A DNA stretch of 63,828 nt, the filler included, from Octopus bimaculoides (taxonomy: Eukaryota), in assembly GCF_001194135.2 (NCBI RefSeq). It is 6 parts of 5 records of this genome, joined end to end, with 100 filler letters (N's around TTAATTAATTAA, not from the genome) between each part and the next. Parts side by side here need not be neighbours in the genome. Positions count along the whole stretch, not along the records: positions 56,660 to 63,828 come from NC_069002.1; 5 more parts are not named here. One strand, 5' to 3'. The position numbers and the translations under genes are program-made. The notes under the pieces were generated by a model, which was given only the letters and a program-made list of their open reading frames with translations, searched no databases and had not been told where the DNA came from. Each line of letters starts with the position of its first letter. The first letter of the stretch is position 1. Of this stretch, positions 63,300 through 63,828 are shown one piece after another.

Positions 63300-63782
63300 C
63301 TAATTTTGGCACAGGGCCAACAATTCTGGAGGGTGGAAGAAAGTCAATTGCATCAACTCCAGTAGTGAGTTGACTGATACTTTATTTTATCAACTCCGAA
63401 AGGATTAAAAACAAGGTTGATTTTGGCAGGATTTGAACTCAGAATGTAAAGAACTAGAAGAAATGCCACAAAGCATTTTGACCGACACACTAATGATTCT
63501 GCTAGCTTTCTGCCCAATGATAATTATAAGGGTTTCAAATTTTGGTACAAGGCTAGCAATTTCGGTGGAAGGGGTAAGCCAATTACAATGACCACTGGGG
63601 TCATTGTAATTGTACCAGTGTTCAACTGGTACTTATTCTATCGACTGGTACTTATTCTATCGACCAGCGAAAGGATGAAAAGCAAAGTCAACCTTGGTGG
63701 AATTTGAACTCAGAACGAATAAAGACAAAATGCTGATAAACATTTTGCCCAGTGTGCTAAGGATTCTGCCAACTCACGACCT
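63300..63782 (-). mobile_element. Two tandem diverged SINE family 2 copies
   Basis: 63300-63520 and 63533-63782 each align with 26862-27078; the second has a 19-bp tandem duplication ACTGGTACTTATTCTATCG. Confidence 0.8.
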
Positions 63783-63828
63783 CCACACGGCAATACTAAA
63801 AACAATAGTTTCTCATTTAGGCACAAAA

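Overview
Eukaryotic, AT-rich, microsatellite- and transposon-saturated animal DNA. The SINE, Dong/R4, RTE and Penelope repertoire points to an octopus; that is my inference from familiarity with the repeats, not a database result. The window is not one contiguous locus: five identical artificial linkers (44 N + TTAATTAATTAA + 44 N) join six scaffold pieces, and there are many further N gaps. Four host exons are well supported by protein similarity and splice sites: one SCAPER exon (+, 55464-55701) and three consecutive TOLLIP C2-domain exons (-, 62111-62244, 60280-60328, 58973-59125). Most of the remainder is decayed mobile DNA: a Tx1/L1-clade LINE carrying a nested gypsy-gag insertion, Dong/R4 LINE pieces in (TAA)n tracts, RTE and Penelope remnants, Tc1/mariner and hAT elements, several SINE families and microsatellites. 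Most supplied ORFs are microsatellite or N-gap artefacts. I see no new multi-gene system. The most interesting leads are a hammerhead-like core in a Penelope remnant, a 999-bp TG...CA gag-only insertion, a rearranged DD37E Tc1 element, strand-polarised retroelement pile-ups in (TAA)n, and an unclassified ~0.5-kb (TAA)n-embedded repeat family. Repeat boundaries are approximate unless a target-site duplication (TSD) is quoted.
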